From Zygnema circumcarinatum SAG 698-1b (Eukaryota; Plantae; Zygnematophyceae), in assembly GCA_037447605.1 (NCBI GenBank), contig CM074813.1, forward strand, positions 2,728,001-2,792,000: a stretch of DNA of 64,000 nt. The letters run 5' to 3'. Within the stretch, counting starts at the first letter, position 1, and each line of letters opens with the position of its first letter. Position numbers and translations under genes: made by a program. Under the pieces are notes generated by a model that worked only from the letters and a program-made list of their open reading frames with translations, made no database searches and was not told the DNA's origin. Shown here piece after piece: positions 36,224 through 49,843 of the stretch.

Positions 36224-37772
36224 ATGGTGCTGTGGGAGATCACTCTCGCCACCGCCTACTTTTTAGGGCTCCGCCGAACGTACCGCCTCGCGCTGCGCAT
36301 TCAGCGAAGAGCCTTCCGCTCGCGGCCCGGCACGCGCTCCTTCCTCCGAAGGCAAAAAACCTCTCCCTCTCGCCTGCTCCCTCACTGCATTCAAGCATCC
36401 TTTGTTTGTTACCCCTTGTTGGGTCCCCTTCTTTTTGGCATGCAATGCAATGCTCCTTCCCTCACTGGAGGAAACAAGCACATCATGAATGCCATTAAAT
36501 TCGGGGTACTTATTCAATAATGGCTGATCCCCCCTTGTCATTTCTGTCCCTTTCCGATTGTTTCCATGTCAAAAGTGACGAAACAATTCAGTATCTTTGT
36601 CCATATTCTTGGTGCTAAAAATTGCCCTTTTTATCGGTGATAATTTCGCTTTCTTGGCAGTTTTCTGAACAACTAAGTTTCTTCTTTGGGAAGAGCATTA
36701 AGGATCAAACCGGAAGATTTTGATCCGTTTATGTTCGGTCCTTCTTTTTTAAAGCAATTACTTTACTGTGTATGCAGAAACGCATGCGAGTTTGTTTTGA
36801 AAGAGTTGGAAGGGCTAGAAATGTAATACACGTCTCGCGGGAAGAGACGAAAGCCGGGGCGGGGGAAGCGGGGGAGAGGAGAGGAGGGGGGGAGAGGGGC
36901 AGGGAGCGGCAGAGGTTGGAGGGGGAAGAGAGGGAGGGAGGGGGGAGGGGACGGAGAAAGAGAGAGCTAGAGGCTGGGAAAATGAGAGACCTCGAAAATT
37001 GGGAAATAGTGAGAAAGATGCTCCGCACCTTCGTCGCAAATCTGAACCCTGAAACCTTTAACTCTAACCCTGAAACCTATCAAACCCTAAACCCTACATA
37101 CTTGCCCCAACTCGCAGACGAACCCGCTCCGTGTTCGACCTCGCTCTCCGTGCGGTCCGTGAAATTCAACGGAGAGATTTGGAGGCGGGCCGTACATGGG
37201 GCAATGCGGTGCTCCGATATCTCGACCGCATGCGGCCCTCTGCCGATATCCGGGGGGACTTGTTGCAGGGTTCAGGGCCGAACTCGGAGCATGCAAGGCC
37301 TTTCCGTGGGAACATGCAAAACCCTAAGCTCTCAGAAAGCGCTCAAATCTCAGAAAGCTTCAATAGAGGGGGGGCTGAGAGACTTTTGCTTGAGGAGGAG
37401 AAGGGGAAGGTTGGGAGAGAGGGAGAGGGTTGGAGGGAGGAGAATGTGGGAGGGCGCAAAATGTCTTCTCAGGTTCGGGCTTCTTCATATTCTACATGGG
37501 CAGGGAAGAGAGGGCTCTGGGGAACGGAGAGGAAATGGCTACATGGAGCTTCTAGTTTAATGTGGTCGCCGTCTGCAACGGCACGGAGTTATGTAACGGA
37601 GGCGGCTCATGGAACGAGGAGCGGCTGTAATGCGCCGTTCAGTTATTTTTGCCAACTGCCGCATTTGGGGGGAGCCGTTGCAGGCCAAAGGGGGGCAGAT
37701 TTGGGAAATGTTTTGTTAAAGGGCCGGAGCTTGTTTAGGAAAGATATTTCAGCGATCATTTGGACACAATAG
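36224..37772 (+). CDS. Conserved plant protein of unknown function (MVLWEITLATAYFLGL family); exons 36224-36351 and 37118-37772
   Basis: MVLWEITLATAYFLGLRRTYRLALRIQRR...RRRTRSVFDLAL...IQRRDLEAGRTWGNAVLRYLDRMRPSADIR...FRKDI resembles a land-plant uncharacterised family (from memory). The intron is phase 2 with a GC donor. Confidence 0.8.
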
Positions 37773-37836
37773 GGGTGAAGGGGAGGAGGGGAATGGGACG
37801 GAATTTGAAATAACGAAGTGGACTGAACCTTGGGCT

Positions 37837-37882
<46 letters not shown>

Positions 37883-38923
37883 GTACAATTTTGTGACATG
37901 GATGTATGTGTGAGAGAGAGAGAACCTGCTCGCCGGCAATGTCATGCTGAACCCCTCGGGGGAAAAAAAAAAAAAATTGCAGACAAACATTTATTTGTTC
38001 AGGGAATTTTCTCACACGATGGAGTCTTCTTATTGCAGTCACATTTTCTTTTCTTTTTTTTTTTTTTTTTTAGTCAGTTTCTCTCCAGTGAACAGTAAGG
38101 CGCGCTTGTGGTCCGACTACATGTATTGCTCTGTATGGACCCTGCAAATTTGGTCCTTTGACCCCAAAACTAAACCATGTGATACATGTTCCATTTCTTT
38201 CTTTTTATTGCAATGACTGAGTTGCTTTGCACGGGCCATCGGCGCCATTAGCGCACATCTTTTTGGAGAGTCGTGAGATTGTGCACATCGATATATATCA
38301 TAGTGTGCTTCATGCCGCAGATGGCGTCTCTTGCCATTGGGGGGGGGGGGTCAAACCTAGCGCGGAGCGTACAAAATTCTTGAAATTTGTTTCGGCAAAT
38401 ACTAGGGGGAGTCAAACCTTGACCAGCACTTACAAAATTCTCAAATTCTTTATACTAAAAGGTACTCATCCCGGCAGGCGTACGAAATTGATTTGGCCAT
38501 GTGTTAAGTCTGACCCCCCCTATTCCATTCGCCACCTCTGCAAGCAGCAAGACAAGCGAGGCCCTTGATTGGTCGCTTGAAGTCGAAGTGGCCATGGAGA
38601 AAGAATAAAACAAAACAACAGCGAAACAAAACAACTCGTCCACATGCATATGTAATCGGTTGTTACCGTACTACGCGACTGTAAACAAAAGCACATCACT
38701 GCAAAAAGTGTACGAAATTTTGAGCTGCCCTTGGTGTTCGTACAGGCGTACCGGCCTATCGGAGCTGCGGAATCAAGGGTTTTAAGCGACAGACTCCTCG
38801 TTTTTTTTTTGGCCTGCCCGTGCGTCTTCACCGCTCACAGTCCCCACGGTTCCCTGTCCCTCCCCCCGCTGTCCGTACGGATCAGGAAAGCCGACGCGGC
38901 CCTGAACCATTCCATATCCCCCC

Positions 38924-40943
38924 ATGGCGAGGGCGAGTCCCCTCAAGCCAATAAACCCTAACCCTAACCCTAATCCTAACCTTAACCCTAACCCTAACCT
39001 AAAAGGTTTTGAAAACCCGAGCGGCTCTGAACCCTCTTGGAACCCTAAAACCCCCAAAGCCGAACCTGCGGGCCGCGGCCCTGAACCCCTCCCCGCCCCC
39101 CCTCCTCCAAACCCTAAAAACCTGTTTTCCGCGACCGATGCCGTCACGTGCACGTTTCTGTTCGTGTGGGCGGTTCTATGCGCCGCCATGGTTGTACGGA
39201 AACGGAAACTGTGGCGGGCGGGCGCAGCGGCCGCCGGCTTTTGGGTCCTGTCGGCGGCCATGGAACGCTTTTTTTGTCGTTTTGTTCCGGCGGGGTTGAA
39301 GGTGGACCGAGAGAGGCTCGCGCTCTGGCATAACACGGTCGTGGCATGCTCTCATTCGCTGGCGGCGGCGGGCGGAGGTGGGTGGGAAATATTTTATATA
39401 TATATGTATATGTATTTTTTTTTTTAAATTATCGCTTATTTGTTGTGGCCAATGTAAAAGACCCTTTTAAAAAAAATAGGGGGGGGTGGAAAAAAAAAAT
39501 AATGATTTTTTCGCTTGGAACATTCCCCCTCCCCCTCCCCCTTCCCCCCTTCCCCCCCCCCCCCCCTCCCCCCCCTTTTTTTCTATTTAAATATTAATCG
39601 TAAACCGGCTTTTTTCCGTCCACAGCGTCAAGACCCTTCAAGACCCTATCTTTTGATTCTTAAAACATTTTTTAGCCGAAACATACCCTAAAATTTCAAT
39701 CCTTGATGATCAACCACTGAAAAAAACTGTTGTTAATATCCTTACATTCCCGCCAACTTCCAGTGCTGCTGGTGCTCTTCTCCGAGCCCCAATCCTTCTT
39801 AACTGAGGGCATGTACACGGGACATGGAACCGCTGCGTATTCCGTTGTCTCCCTCTCCTGCGGATACTTCGCCTACGACCTGTGGGACACTCTAAGGAAG
39901 AGGCTCTACAACCCTCGCTCTCCCTCCATGCTCGCTCACAACGCTCTCCTGCTAGTCTGCTTCACCACCGCTCTCTACCGTGACGTCACCATCAACTACC
40001 TCATCTTAACCCTAATCTGTGAGGTGAAGAAGGCACACTTCCTTTCCGTTTAAAGCAGAGTCTCTAATTCAAGTGATGGAACTCGAGGTAGAGCGCTTGA
40101 AGTCTTCCACTGAGAGGTTGCAATGGTGCACTTGAAATTACAAGAACGGAAGGAAGGGCCTCAAGCAGGACTCCCTAGGGATTCTAAGAACTGAGGAGTT
40201 TCAAAATTGGAAAGGCTCAGAACTGATAGGTTTTTTCTTGTCCTCATCCCTATTGACGCGCTCTTTTTTTCCCCCCCCCTCTCTCTCTCTCTGCATCTCC
40301 CTCCATTTCCCTCTCCCCTCCCGCCACCTTTCCCTCACCCCCCCTCCCTCCCGCTCCATCCCTCTTCTCCTCGCCTCTCTCTATCTCTCCATCTATCCTT
40401 CCATCTCTTCCCCCCCCCCCCTCTCTCTCTACCTCTCTCCATCCCCCCCCTCCAACTCTTTCTCACTCGCTCCCTTTCCCCCCCTCCATCCATCTCGTCC
40501 TCCTTTCTCGCGATCTCCCCGCCTCTCTTTCTATCTCTCTCTCCACCCCCCTCACTCCCCCTGATCCCTCTCTCTCACCCCCCCCCTCTCTCTCCCTCCA
40601 TCAGGTGAACTCCGTGTTCCTCCATCAGCGCAGACTCCTGCGACTTGCAGGAGTGAGCCCCCGCAGTCGTGTGAACAGGCTCAATTGGACCCTCATTTGG
40701 ACCACATTTGTAGGGGCCCGGGCGGCCGCCCACGCCCTAATTCCCATTCGCTTGGCCCTCGATTACAAGAGCTTTCCGCGGGGAGTGGAATTTCCAATGG
40801 CTATTTGCGGAATTTTAGGGTTTAATGTGTTGAACATCGAGCTTGGAAGAGACTTGGTTCGGGCACAAAGGAAGGAGGCGCTATTGTGGGGCTTGGAGGA
40901 GGTCAGGGAGGGTGCAGGAAATGAAGGGAAGAAGCTTCAGTGA
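38924..40943 (+). CDS. TLC (TRAM/LAG1/CLN8) domain membrane protein; exons 38924-39377, 39764-40023, 40605-40943
   Basis: SCGYFAYDLWD, MLAHNALLLVCF, LICE|VNSVFLHQRRLLRL and TFVGAR are TLC motifs. Splice phases are consistent; the start codon is uncertain. Confidence 0.85.
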
Positions 40944-41803
40944 TGGAATGAGGAGAGTTGGAAACCATTTGGGCTGACTTGTTAATTATATAAGATTGTA
41001 TGTCGGGGTTTAGGGTTCAGGAAATGCTGTCGATTAGTGATAGGGAGTGCATTGATGATAGTGTTCATAATTTGATTTATTGTTGTAGAGAGCTAGAGAG
41101 ATAGGGAGAGAGGGACGGAGGGAGGTAGGTAGGCAGGGAGAGAGGGAGGGAGCGGGGTAGAGAGGTAGAGAGGGTAGGAAAGTAAGACGATTTATGGTGG
41201 TTTATTATTGACTTCCAATACAGTAATACTCCAAATGTCTAATTTAAGGTACGGAGTCTTTAGTCACTCCGAGGAGTGCGAGTTGAGTTCCGGTGGTTAA
41301 CCGGTTAGTGGCTGTGTTCTAGTCAGCGGTTAAGCTGAAGGCTGTAACTGAATGACGACGACCATGGAAACTCTTCATGGATATATTCCATGTGTTCTAT
41401 GCAATAACTTTCCGTTCTATGTCTGTTTTTTACTACTTTTTACATTCCATGTCTGTGTCCGGAACCTGCCCAACAGTTATTTACGATGGGTTTCAATTTT
41501 TAATTGAAGTTATGACGAAGCATATGCGTGCAAACCGTTTGAATCGAAAGATATTTATTTTTTTCACCTGTGGTAGTTGAACAGGAGCCAGAACAAATGT
41601 GAGAGGCCCCTCTCTCCCCTCCCTCTCTCTCATTCTCTCTCTCTCTCCTCCCTCCTCTCTTCTTCTCTCCTGGACAAGAAGTAGTCCCAACCTTCAAACC
41701 CCAAACGAAGCCTCCTACCGCGCCATCCAATTGAATAAAACAATTCATTTGGTACAAAAAGAAAATTCCCTTCCTATCTTTCTGCCTTTCTCCTTCCCTT
41801 TCT

Positions 41804-44046
41804 TTAGACCCTTTTGTCTGACCTTTTTTGGAAACTTATTAAAGCAAAAAATGTGAACACTCCGACAAAGTACCCTACCAGGGCTCCAATTGTGCAGCAG
41901 ATGGGCCACGCCTGCACATAAAACGAGCAACCTCTTAAGCCCTAAAGACCCTAAAAAACACCATTTACATACATATTTCCTTCTTAAACAAAAATCTTAT
42001 AGAAAAAACAACAGCGTCTTTAACAAAAAGCACATCCTTCACATGCTCCGCCACCAAAATAAAAATGAATAAACAAAAAAAAAGGGCGATGTACCCCAAG
42101 CAATCCCAATCAATGCCCTACCAAAACCCTAAACCCCGAATTAGGGTTTCCATGTGGCCCACCTGCCAGGGCTGCTCCCAGTCTAAGGGCATGGGTACGG
42201 CCCCGATCCATGCTCCCACAACAGTTCCGTGCGCCGTACAACATATGGACAATTCAGACGCGCCTTCGGGCCTGAACCCCAATCAAACACCTTCAAAAAA
42301 GTTAGGGTTGGAGGGTTTTAGCTTTCAGCTTTCAGCGTACACGGAAGATCTTATTTCGTTTTGTGTATAGATTGATTGGTTTTTAAATGTTGAGATTTAA
42401 AAAGTATTACTCACTTGGTCCACGCGAAGATTCGGCGCCACCTGGCACCGTTTGAGCCCAGGACACATGCAGTGGGGACCACCTACAGAACGGAATTCAG
42501 TTGAACAGTAAGTTCGCATGGAACTAGACATGGAAACATAGAAACCGTCGACTTCGAAAGATGAGTCATATACGTAAAATATTTGAGAAGTTAAAAACCA
42601 ACGGTTGGAAACTCACAGTGAGAGCAGAAAGCAGCAGAGACCAGTGAAGAATGCTCGTCCATGACCTGCAAAAAAAAAAATACCATGTCAAAGAACAGAC
42701 TAAAAAAATAAAAAGAGAAAAAAAAAGGCACAAAATGGATTAAATCAAAGCTAAACAAATAAAACTCAGTCGCAAACCTCACAATAAGCACAAATGCCAT
42801 TTTGGGGTCTGCACTCACTCAGCATTTAGAGGAGCTCCGAAAAAAATAGCGGCAAGAGCTGCAGCCATGGCCCCTGTTTAATAGCCCACTCCCGAAACCG
42901 TAATGATTTCTCGAATTTATGAAAAACGGAACGGGAAGGCATGGAACTGAGAAAAATGTAATTAGGGCTTCGGTGCTTTATTCAAGCCTTTTTTTGTATC
43001 TTGGAATACATCGGCGGCGTGAGGTTGGAGACACTTTTTAAATGTTCGAAAAGGTTTGAGAAGATGAGAGAGCGCGTGAGAGAGGGAGTGGGAGCGGGGA
43101 TGTGAGAGGGGGTGGGGGAGGGAGTGGGAGAGTAAGTGGGAGAGGGGGTAGGAGAGACTCCCTCTCCCACCTGCAGGCCATGCCAGCAGACCCCTTAGAA
43201 TGGAACGCCACCTCTGCTCCCACCCCAAGCCCTCCCTCTCTTCCGCCGTGATTGATAAGTTATTGGAAGAGACTTCCATCTCTAATCTTGTTCTGCCTCT
43301 CTCTCCGATCCCACTCGCCTCTTTCCCTCTAGCTGCCTCCCCCCTCTCTCTCTCTCTCTCCCCAATTCTCTCACAAAAGCTCCGTTTTCTCTCTCATTGC
43401 CTATCGTTCTCCCCAGTTCGTCCCTCTCTCCATCCATATCTCTCTCACCACCACTTGCACAAGAGCTCCGTTTTCTTTCTCATTCTCTCGCACTCCCGGC
43501 TCCATCCCCCCCCCCTCTCTCTCTCATTCAGATTTTATAATTGCAGTACTCACAGGTAAAGTTGCTTTTCGGAAAGGCGGCGTGCTGTAGGCCAAGAGTA
43601 CAGCTGGCATCATGAAGGCCTGCATCCGACCGTATACACATTGTTTTAAGTTTTATTCGGTTTAACTTAAATCAATAAAAATAAATTTCAGAAAGGACTC
43701 TCTTATTTTGTTAAGTTTTACAACCGATGACTTTGATGATAAGAAAGTAGAGGCATTCTAAACTTAAAAAAGAAATTTTACAAACCAGAGAATATTTTAA
43801 ATTTTAACATAATATATTCAGATCCTCCTTATCAAACGTAATTTAAAATAAAGACCCTTAAATTCCACTTAAAAAAAGAACCAAGGGGCAATACGGCATG
43901 CGATACATTACCAGAATCCAGCGAATGGCGGGAAGAGGTGCGCCAATCAGCGTGGCGCCGTACATCCTCGCTGGCAACACGACCCCCAGCGCCGCCGCCA
44001 TGGCCGGCCCGCCCTGCAGCAGCGTCGCCATGGCTTCCCAAGCCAT
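41804..44046 (-). CDS. PIGF: GPI biosynthesis protein PIG-F/GPI11; 8 exons (44046-43912, 43619-43554, about 43279-43171, 42873-42819, 42665-42617, 42482-42415, 42271-42163, 41911-41804)
   Basis: [16 protein letters not shown]|VVPTACVLG...WRRIF and [22 protein letters not shown]|[14 protein letters not shown] are PIG-F signatures. Phases are consistent; the exon 3 acceptor is uncertain. Confidence 0.9.
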
Positions 44047-45018
44047 GGCGGAGGGGAGGGGGAGGGGACGGCGCTGGACGGGAAATGTGCCTCAGGGGTC
44101 CGTTTCCATGCAACAGCAGTACCGTTTGATTAAAAAATGAGGCACTTTCAGTTTTCACTGCCACGTAAGCCCTAGCCCGTAACAATGGGCGCACCTCAAC
44201 CGTAAACAGGCCAATCAGATATAACCACGCGGGACAGAAAGAGACAGCCACGCGGGACAAAAGCGAGATCCACGTGGCACAATTTTGATGTCTGGTAGCC
44301 ACGTGGTCGCCGCACATTCGTCTATCGTAATAAATCCCGTTAAATTAGCTCACGTGGTGGCCAATCCGGTCCATGTCACTTACCACGTCAGACCGCGTCG
44401 AACGCCATTGGGCCATGTCGGATGTCACGTCGGACCAAATCGGACTTGAAACTAGAATATTGCGTCCGTTTCCTTTCCCGGGTTGCAAACCTGGTGCCGG
44501 TTTGCAACCGGCGGGGGGAGACGGCGAACAGGAGGAGACTTCTCCAATGAGAACACGCCAGCTGGTGGACACGTGGCCACGCCTTGCTCCAGCTATCGCC
44601 ACGCAGCGGAAGGGGGTGGGGGGACAGGGAGGGAGATGGAGAGGCCATGGATGGAAGGGAGGGAGGGAGGGAGGGTCCTGGTTCAAGTGTTCAATTGAAA
44701 CAGAGGTGACTCTGAGGAGTTGACGAGTCGAGGCTCAACTCACAAGAAACGGAAATCGTAACAAATAAAATGGACATAAAGTGCCATCTTAGCACCAAGC
44801 GGTTTCGTGTTTCTTCCTATTTTGGCGGTAAGGACACAGGCCAAGGCAATCCCAGAGACACGTGGACGGCTTCATACACAGCGGACGATACGGACACACG
44901 CCAAGAGACACCCATCCATCCATCCGCAGCCTCTCCCCTCAAGGCTGATGTTTGACGGAAGCAACAAGACCCAAATTCACATAGAACACCCTTTTGTCCT
45001 GTCCTGCAGCGAGCAGTT

Positions 45019-47970
45019 TCAAGCTTCATCTTGCATCACTATTTCTTCCTCCACAACGGTCCAAGCGCTCCCAACTGTCTCCATGTCGGACCCACCGTTG
45101 GGCTCTCCATGTTGTGCATCACAGCTCTGCTTCCATCCCATGCCACAAACCTATTCACTTGTTAACCAAAGAGAGAGGGAGAGGGAGAGGAAGAGGGAGA
45201 GGGAGAGGGAGAGGGAGAGGGAGAGGGAGAGGGAGATGTAGAGGGAGAGGAGAGAGGGAGAGGGAGGTAGAGAAAGAGAGGGAGAGAGAGAGAGGGGGGG
45301 AAGAGAGAGGTAGAGAAAGAGAGGGAGAGAGAGAGAGGGGGGGGAGAGAGAGGTAGAGAAAGAGAGGGAGAGAGAGAGAGGGGGGGGAGAGAGAGACTAC
45401 CTGACTGCAAGTGAAGACTGCCATTGTGAGCCACTCCCAGCTCCCGGCCCCGCCATTTGCCTCTGGAGGGGTCCCTTTTTCCGCCGTTTGGAAGAAGTAC
45501 AGCAGAGGCGGCATCAGCTGCAGCTCAAAGGCTCGCTCGGACCCGCACAAGGAGCACGCGCGGACCGCCTCCCGGCCTGCGCTGTACCGCTTCTGACTGT
45601 GCGCCCACAGAGGCTGCCCTCCGAAACAGTACCTGACATAAGGTTCAAAGTGAAGATATTAGGATGAAAAAACCTCCAAAGGGACTTCAACTAGAAGGAG
45701 AAATTCTCCATTTTGATGAACATGGAAAAGCAAAAATGAAAGAAAAAGGAGATTCCCAAACTGCACCTTATACATTGCTCGGGGCTGCGATCAATTCTTT
45801 TTTTAAATTTAAGAAATTGCCGATCTGCTGACAGGGCTCGGTCGTACTCATACTCCTCTCCCTCCCATGCCTCTCCTCCCTCCTCTCCCGCCAAATCTCC
45901 CACTCTCTTTTCCAGCTTTTCTGACTGCCCTTTGTTCGCACCCCCCCCTTCAGTTTCCGTATAAATGTAGAAGCACGGAAGAACTGCAAATTCCCCAAAG
46001 GAAGTAAAAGTGATGAATAAGAACATCGAGAGTCGTAAAAACAAGAGGGAGAGGGGGTGAGATTAAGTCAGGTTAAGAGATGCTTAAGTGACAAGAATGA
46101 GAGAGCGAGAGAGAGGGAGAGAGAGGGGGGGGTGGAAAGAGAGAGAAAGAAAGAGAGAGAGAGTGAGCCGTACTTGGTTGATCTGAATCACCTTTCCCTC
46201 TCCCCCTCCTCCCCACATCTTCACTTGCAGATTCTTCGCTTGAATTCGCTTCCTCATTGGCTCTCGCCCTGCCACCTGTCCTGCCCTCATTGGTGCTCTG
46301 CCTCCTTGCTGAACTCTCTCCCGCCTCCGCCAACGCCTTTGCGAGTTCGTCCAAGTTGAAGCTGCGGCTTACTCCCTCTCCTCTCTCTCCCTCTCCTCTC
46401 TCTCCCTCTCCCTCTCCCTCTCCTCCTTCTACTCTCTCTCCTATCATGCCCCTCTCTCCTCCTCCTTCCCAGTGATCTGAAGAAGGAGAAGGCCACTCAT
46501 CTCCCCCAAAGGGCTCCCCGAATTCATCTCGACTCGCAGCGGAACTGACACATGGAACCCCCCAATCGGCTACATGGAACATCTCGGACCCCTTCTGAAA
46601 CTGCTTGTCGTCAACTTCCAGCTTAGAATGGACATCATTTTCTAAAACATCTTTGTTTAAAGGACTTGCTGAAGAAGAAGGTGAGTCCGAATTCGGAAAA
46701 TGAGCAGGCTTTTCCGGCGCTGCCGACTGCCAGCTGTCACTTTCTGATTGGTTCTGATTTTCAACATTTGAAAAATTTGCCTTATGTTGCAGGCGGAGAG
46801 CGCGCCAACTGTCGCCACAAAAACTATGGACTAATTAATTAAACGGAAAGCGGATGATAAAAGTCTAAATTTCAAAAAAACATGTTCGAAAAGCAAAAAA
46901 GAAACTATTTAAAGATTTTTTTTTTTTTATCAAAATACCTTTCAGATTTGGTTCCGCAGCCGCCCTGTGTGCATCCAAAAACGTACAAAACGCGCTCCTC
47001 CAATCTCCTCGCGCCAAGTGTCAAAGGCAGATACGCCTGCAGCAGATTTCGAACCAAAAAAAAAAAAGGAAAAATAAAAAACATACATATACATATATAT
47101 AAACGATTAAAATATTTTCTAGAAAAGTTTTGCAACCATCGACTTCTTCATGTTTTTATTTATTTTTATTTTCAAGGTAATTTCAAATATATTTCTTCGT
47201 TGCCTTAATTTCTTTTTTCATTCTGACCTGCACAACAAGAGCCAGTCTCTTTCCGCAAACTCCGCATTCTAAATTTTGGAAATTTTCTCTAACTTCGCTT
47301 GCGTCCAGCGGAAGATCCTGAAAAAAAAAAAAACGGCAGAAAACTTCAATAGTATATTTCTATTTACTAAAAGTATATACACGTATACATCGTAACCGAG
47401 CAAATTTAGGGTTTCAAGGTTTGAAGACGTCTCGAGTTTAAATGCTTTCAGCTTTTGACAGCCCTTAGAGCTGAAGATTTTTTGCTTAACAAAATGAAAC
47501 CAAATTAAGGAAACATATTATTAAAACTAAAAAAAAATTACCGGCAGGCCCCCGCATTTTGTGGTATAAATATCGCCCTCCTCCTCAGGGTCTGCCGCCC
47601 AAGGCCCTGGAAGGCCCAGTAATGCCTGTACAGCGAACAGCGAAGAAGCTAAGTATTCATTTATAGAGGCAGTTCAAATCACGTTTAGCATCCGCTTGTA
47701 GTCCCCGCCCACCCTCCCTCTCTCCCTCCCTCTCTCTTTCCCGCCCTCCCCTCCCCACCCCCCTCCTCGTTCCAAACCCTCCCTCCCTCGCTTCCTTTCT
47801 CCCTCTCTCTCTCCCTCCCTCCCCTCCCCATCCCCACCCCCCTCCTCTTTCTCCACCCTCCCTCCCTCCCTCCCACTCTCTCTCTCCCTCTCTCTCTCTC
47901 TCCCTCCCTCCCTCTCCCTCACACTCTTTGTCCCTCTCTCCCCCCATCTTGAACTTGAATCAAACCCCAT
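45019..47970 (-). CDS. PDCD2/PDCD2L (TSR4-like) protein; exons about 47970-47923, 47625-47542, 47317-47228, 47036-46939, 46808-46192, 45983-45767, 45632-45401, 45126-45019
   Basis: LLGLPGPW...YTTKCGGLP|[14 protein letters not shown]|[42 protein letters not shown]|YCFGGQPLW and [21 protein letters not shown]...[13 protein letters not shown]|SC are PDCD2_C family motifs. The first exon is tentative. Confidence 0.9.
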
Positions 47971-48876
47971 AAAACTCCGCATTGTCGTAATCGGAACTTC
48001 CAAATTTCAACAAATTGACGGATTTTCACTAGAAAATTTGCAAATTTGGGTTAATGTAAAGTGAAATAACTTATAGCATACCGATGCCATGAAGCTGACT
48101 GCCAGTCAACTGAGAAGACTTTTATGACTTTTGGAGAGTCTGCGGCGAAGATGAAGGCGGAACAAAACGATTGAGCAGTTCGATCACTCTCTCTCTCCCC
48201 CTCTCTCTCCCTCCCCCTCTCCCTCCCTTGTTTCTTTCCTCCTCTCTACCACTCTCTCTCCCTCCCCCCTCTCTCGTGTTTCGCTCCTCCTTTCTCCCAC
48301 TCTCTCTCCCTCCCCCTCTCCCTTGTTTCTCTGCTCTCTCCCACACTCTCTCCCTCCCCCTCTCCCTTGTTTCTCTCCTCCTCTCTCCCACTCTCTCTCC
48401 CTCCCCCTCTCCCTTGTTTCTCTCCTCTCTCCCGCTCTCTCTCCCTCCTCCTCTCCCTTGTTTCTCTCCTCCTCTCTCCCGCTCTCTCTCCCTCCCCCTC
48501 TCTCTTGATTCTCTCCCACCCCCCCTATCTCCCNNNNNNNNNNCCCTCCCCCCCCTCTCCCCCCCCCCTCTCCCCCCCCTCTCCCAAAAAAAAGCCGCCT
48601 TCCGTACCCTATCATACAAAACTGTAAGTAATATTACCGTTAAGGCGCTGTCTCCTAACTGTAACGGGTAGTCCCGTCTTTGCAAATTTTCCGCGGTGTT
48701 TCTTGACGCGAATTTCGCGTTCATGGAACGTCGGTCCTCTCGCATGCAGTCGCCGTAAAACGGTAAGTGTGACAGGATACGACAAGCGTCGAAACACATT
48801 TTTTTGTCCGTTTTCGGGCATGTCCACGTCATCAGTTCCCATTTAATTTCTGCTAATGGTGAAATTAGCATTTTGA

Positions 48877-49007
48877 CATCTTCAGTATTACTGAAGGGGC
48901 TTCCGTCAGTTATACACTTTAAAATGAGTACTGTACTCTGAAGGCCTCAAGGATGTGTGCTCATAAAAGTTACTCAGTACGGAATGACTCCAGTAATACT
49001 GAAGATG
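48877..49007. repeat. Small MITE-like foldback with 17-bp perfect terminal inverted repeats
   Basis: CATCTTCAGTATTACTG at 48877-48893 and CAGTAATACTGAAGATG at 48991-49007, with weaker internal complementarity. Confidence 0.6.
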
Positions 49008-49408
49008 CATCTGCCGCTGGACTTTTGGAAGTCTGACGTGTCTTATCGATCTTACGATTGCCAGAAAAATAAAGAAAATAAAATAGAATCAATTGTGTAC
49101 GGTAGCAACGTGACAATTATGGTTTGTCGTTTTGTTGAAGGCGGCGCTTGGCCGCATCGATAAATCCAAAGTTGGGCCGAACTCCGAGATGCCCGCGGTT
49201 CCGTACAGCGAGATGTTTACGAATGAACTGAAGTCAAAGATGCCTTTCCAATTAGGACTCGCCACCTGTAATCATAATGCACGTGGCGTGACGCCATTGG
49301 ACATGGCGGCCACTAGAGACAGACTTTCTTAAGGATCGCCATCAGATCACGCGGAGTACGGCTGCAAAGGGCCACCAACCGTAAATTATATTTTATTTTG
49401 GAGGATGA

Positions 49409-49843
49409 AATTTTCACACCTTTTTTTGTCTAGATACACACCTTTTTTCGTCGGGCAAATTATATTTAGAAAATGGCTCTGGGAGAAGCCAATTTTGCGG
49501 ACCATGAAAGCCATGGCCAGCAACATGCGCAACACCGGCTGAGTGGTAATCGCTAGAACTTCCGCTAGAGCTGTCCAGCAGGCTCTGCATGAGCTCACCA
49601 TTCATGCTGCTTAATTTTTTGTTTAAAGGAGAACACTACATAAGGATAGGCGAAGAAATATGCTGGAGGAGCAAAATCCTCATACTGACCTCTCCTGTTG
49701 CGTTGCGCGAACTGCTTGCAGGGGGGGTGAGGCAGGCGCACTCAAAATAAAGTGGGTTTTTAGGGTTTTTAACCCTTTTTTTCGAAAATGAAATTTGCCC
49801 GGCGAAAAAAGGTGTGTAACTAGACAAAAAGGTGTGAAAATAT
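49409..49843. mobile_element. MITE-like element with about 50-bp inverted repeats
   Basis: ttttcacacctttttttgtctagatacacaccttttttcgtcgggcaaatt (about 49409-49462) is the near reverse complement of about 49790-49843. It shares TTTCACACCTTTTT with the 59381-60325 arms. No TSD was established. Confidence 0.55.

Noticed and set aside
44481-44509. GGTTGCAAACC...GGTTTGCAACC hairpin as a Helitron 3' end
   Set aside because: No CTRR terminus or matching 5' TC end was found; an 11-bp inverted repeat alone is insufficient.
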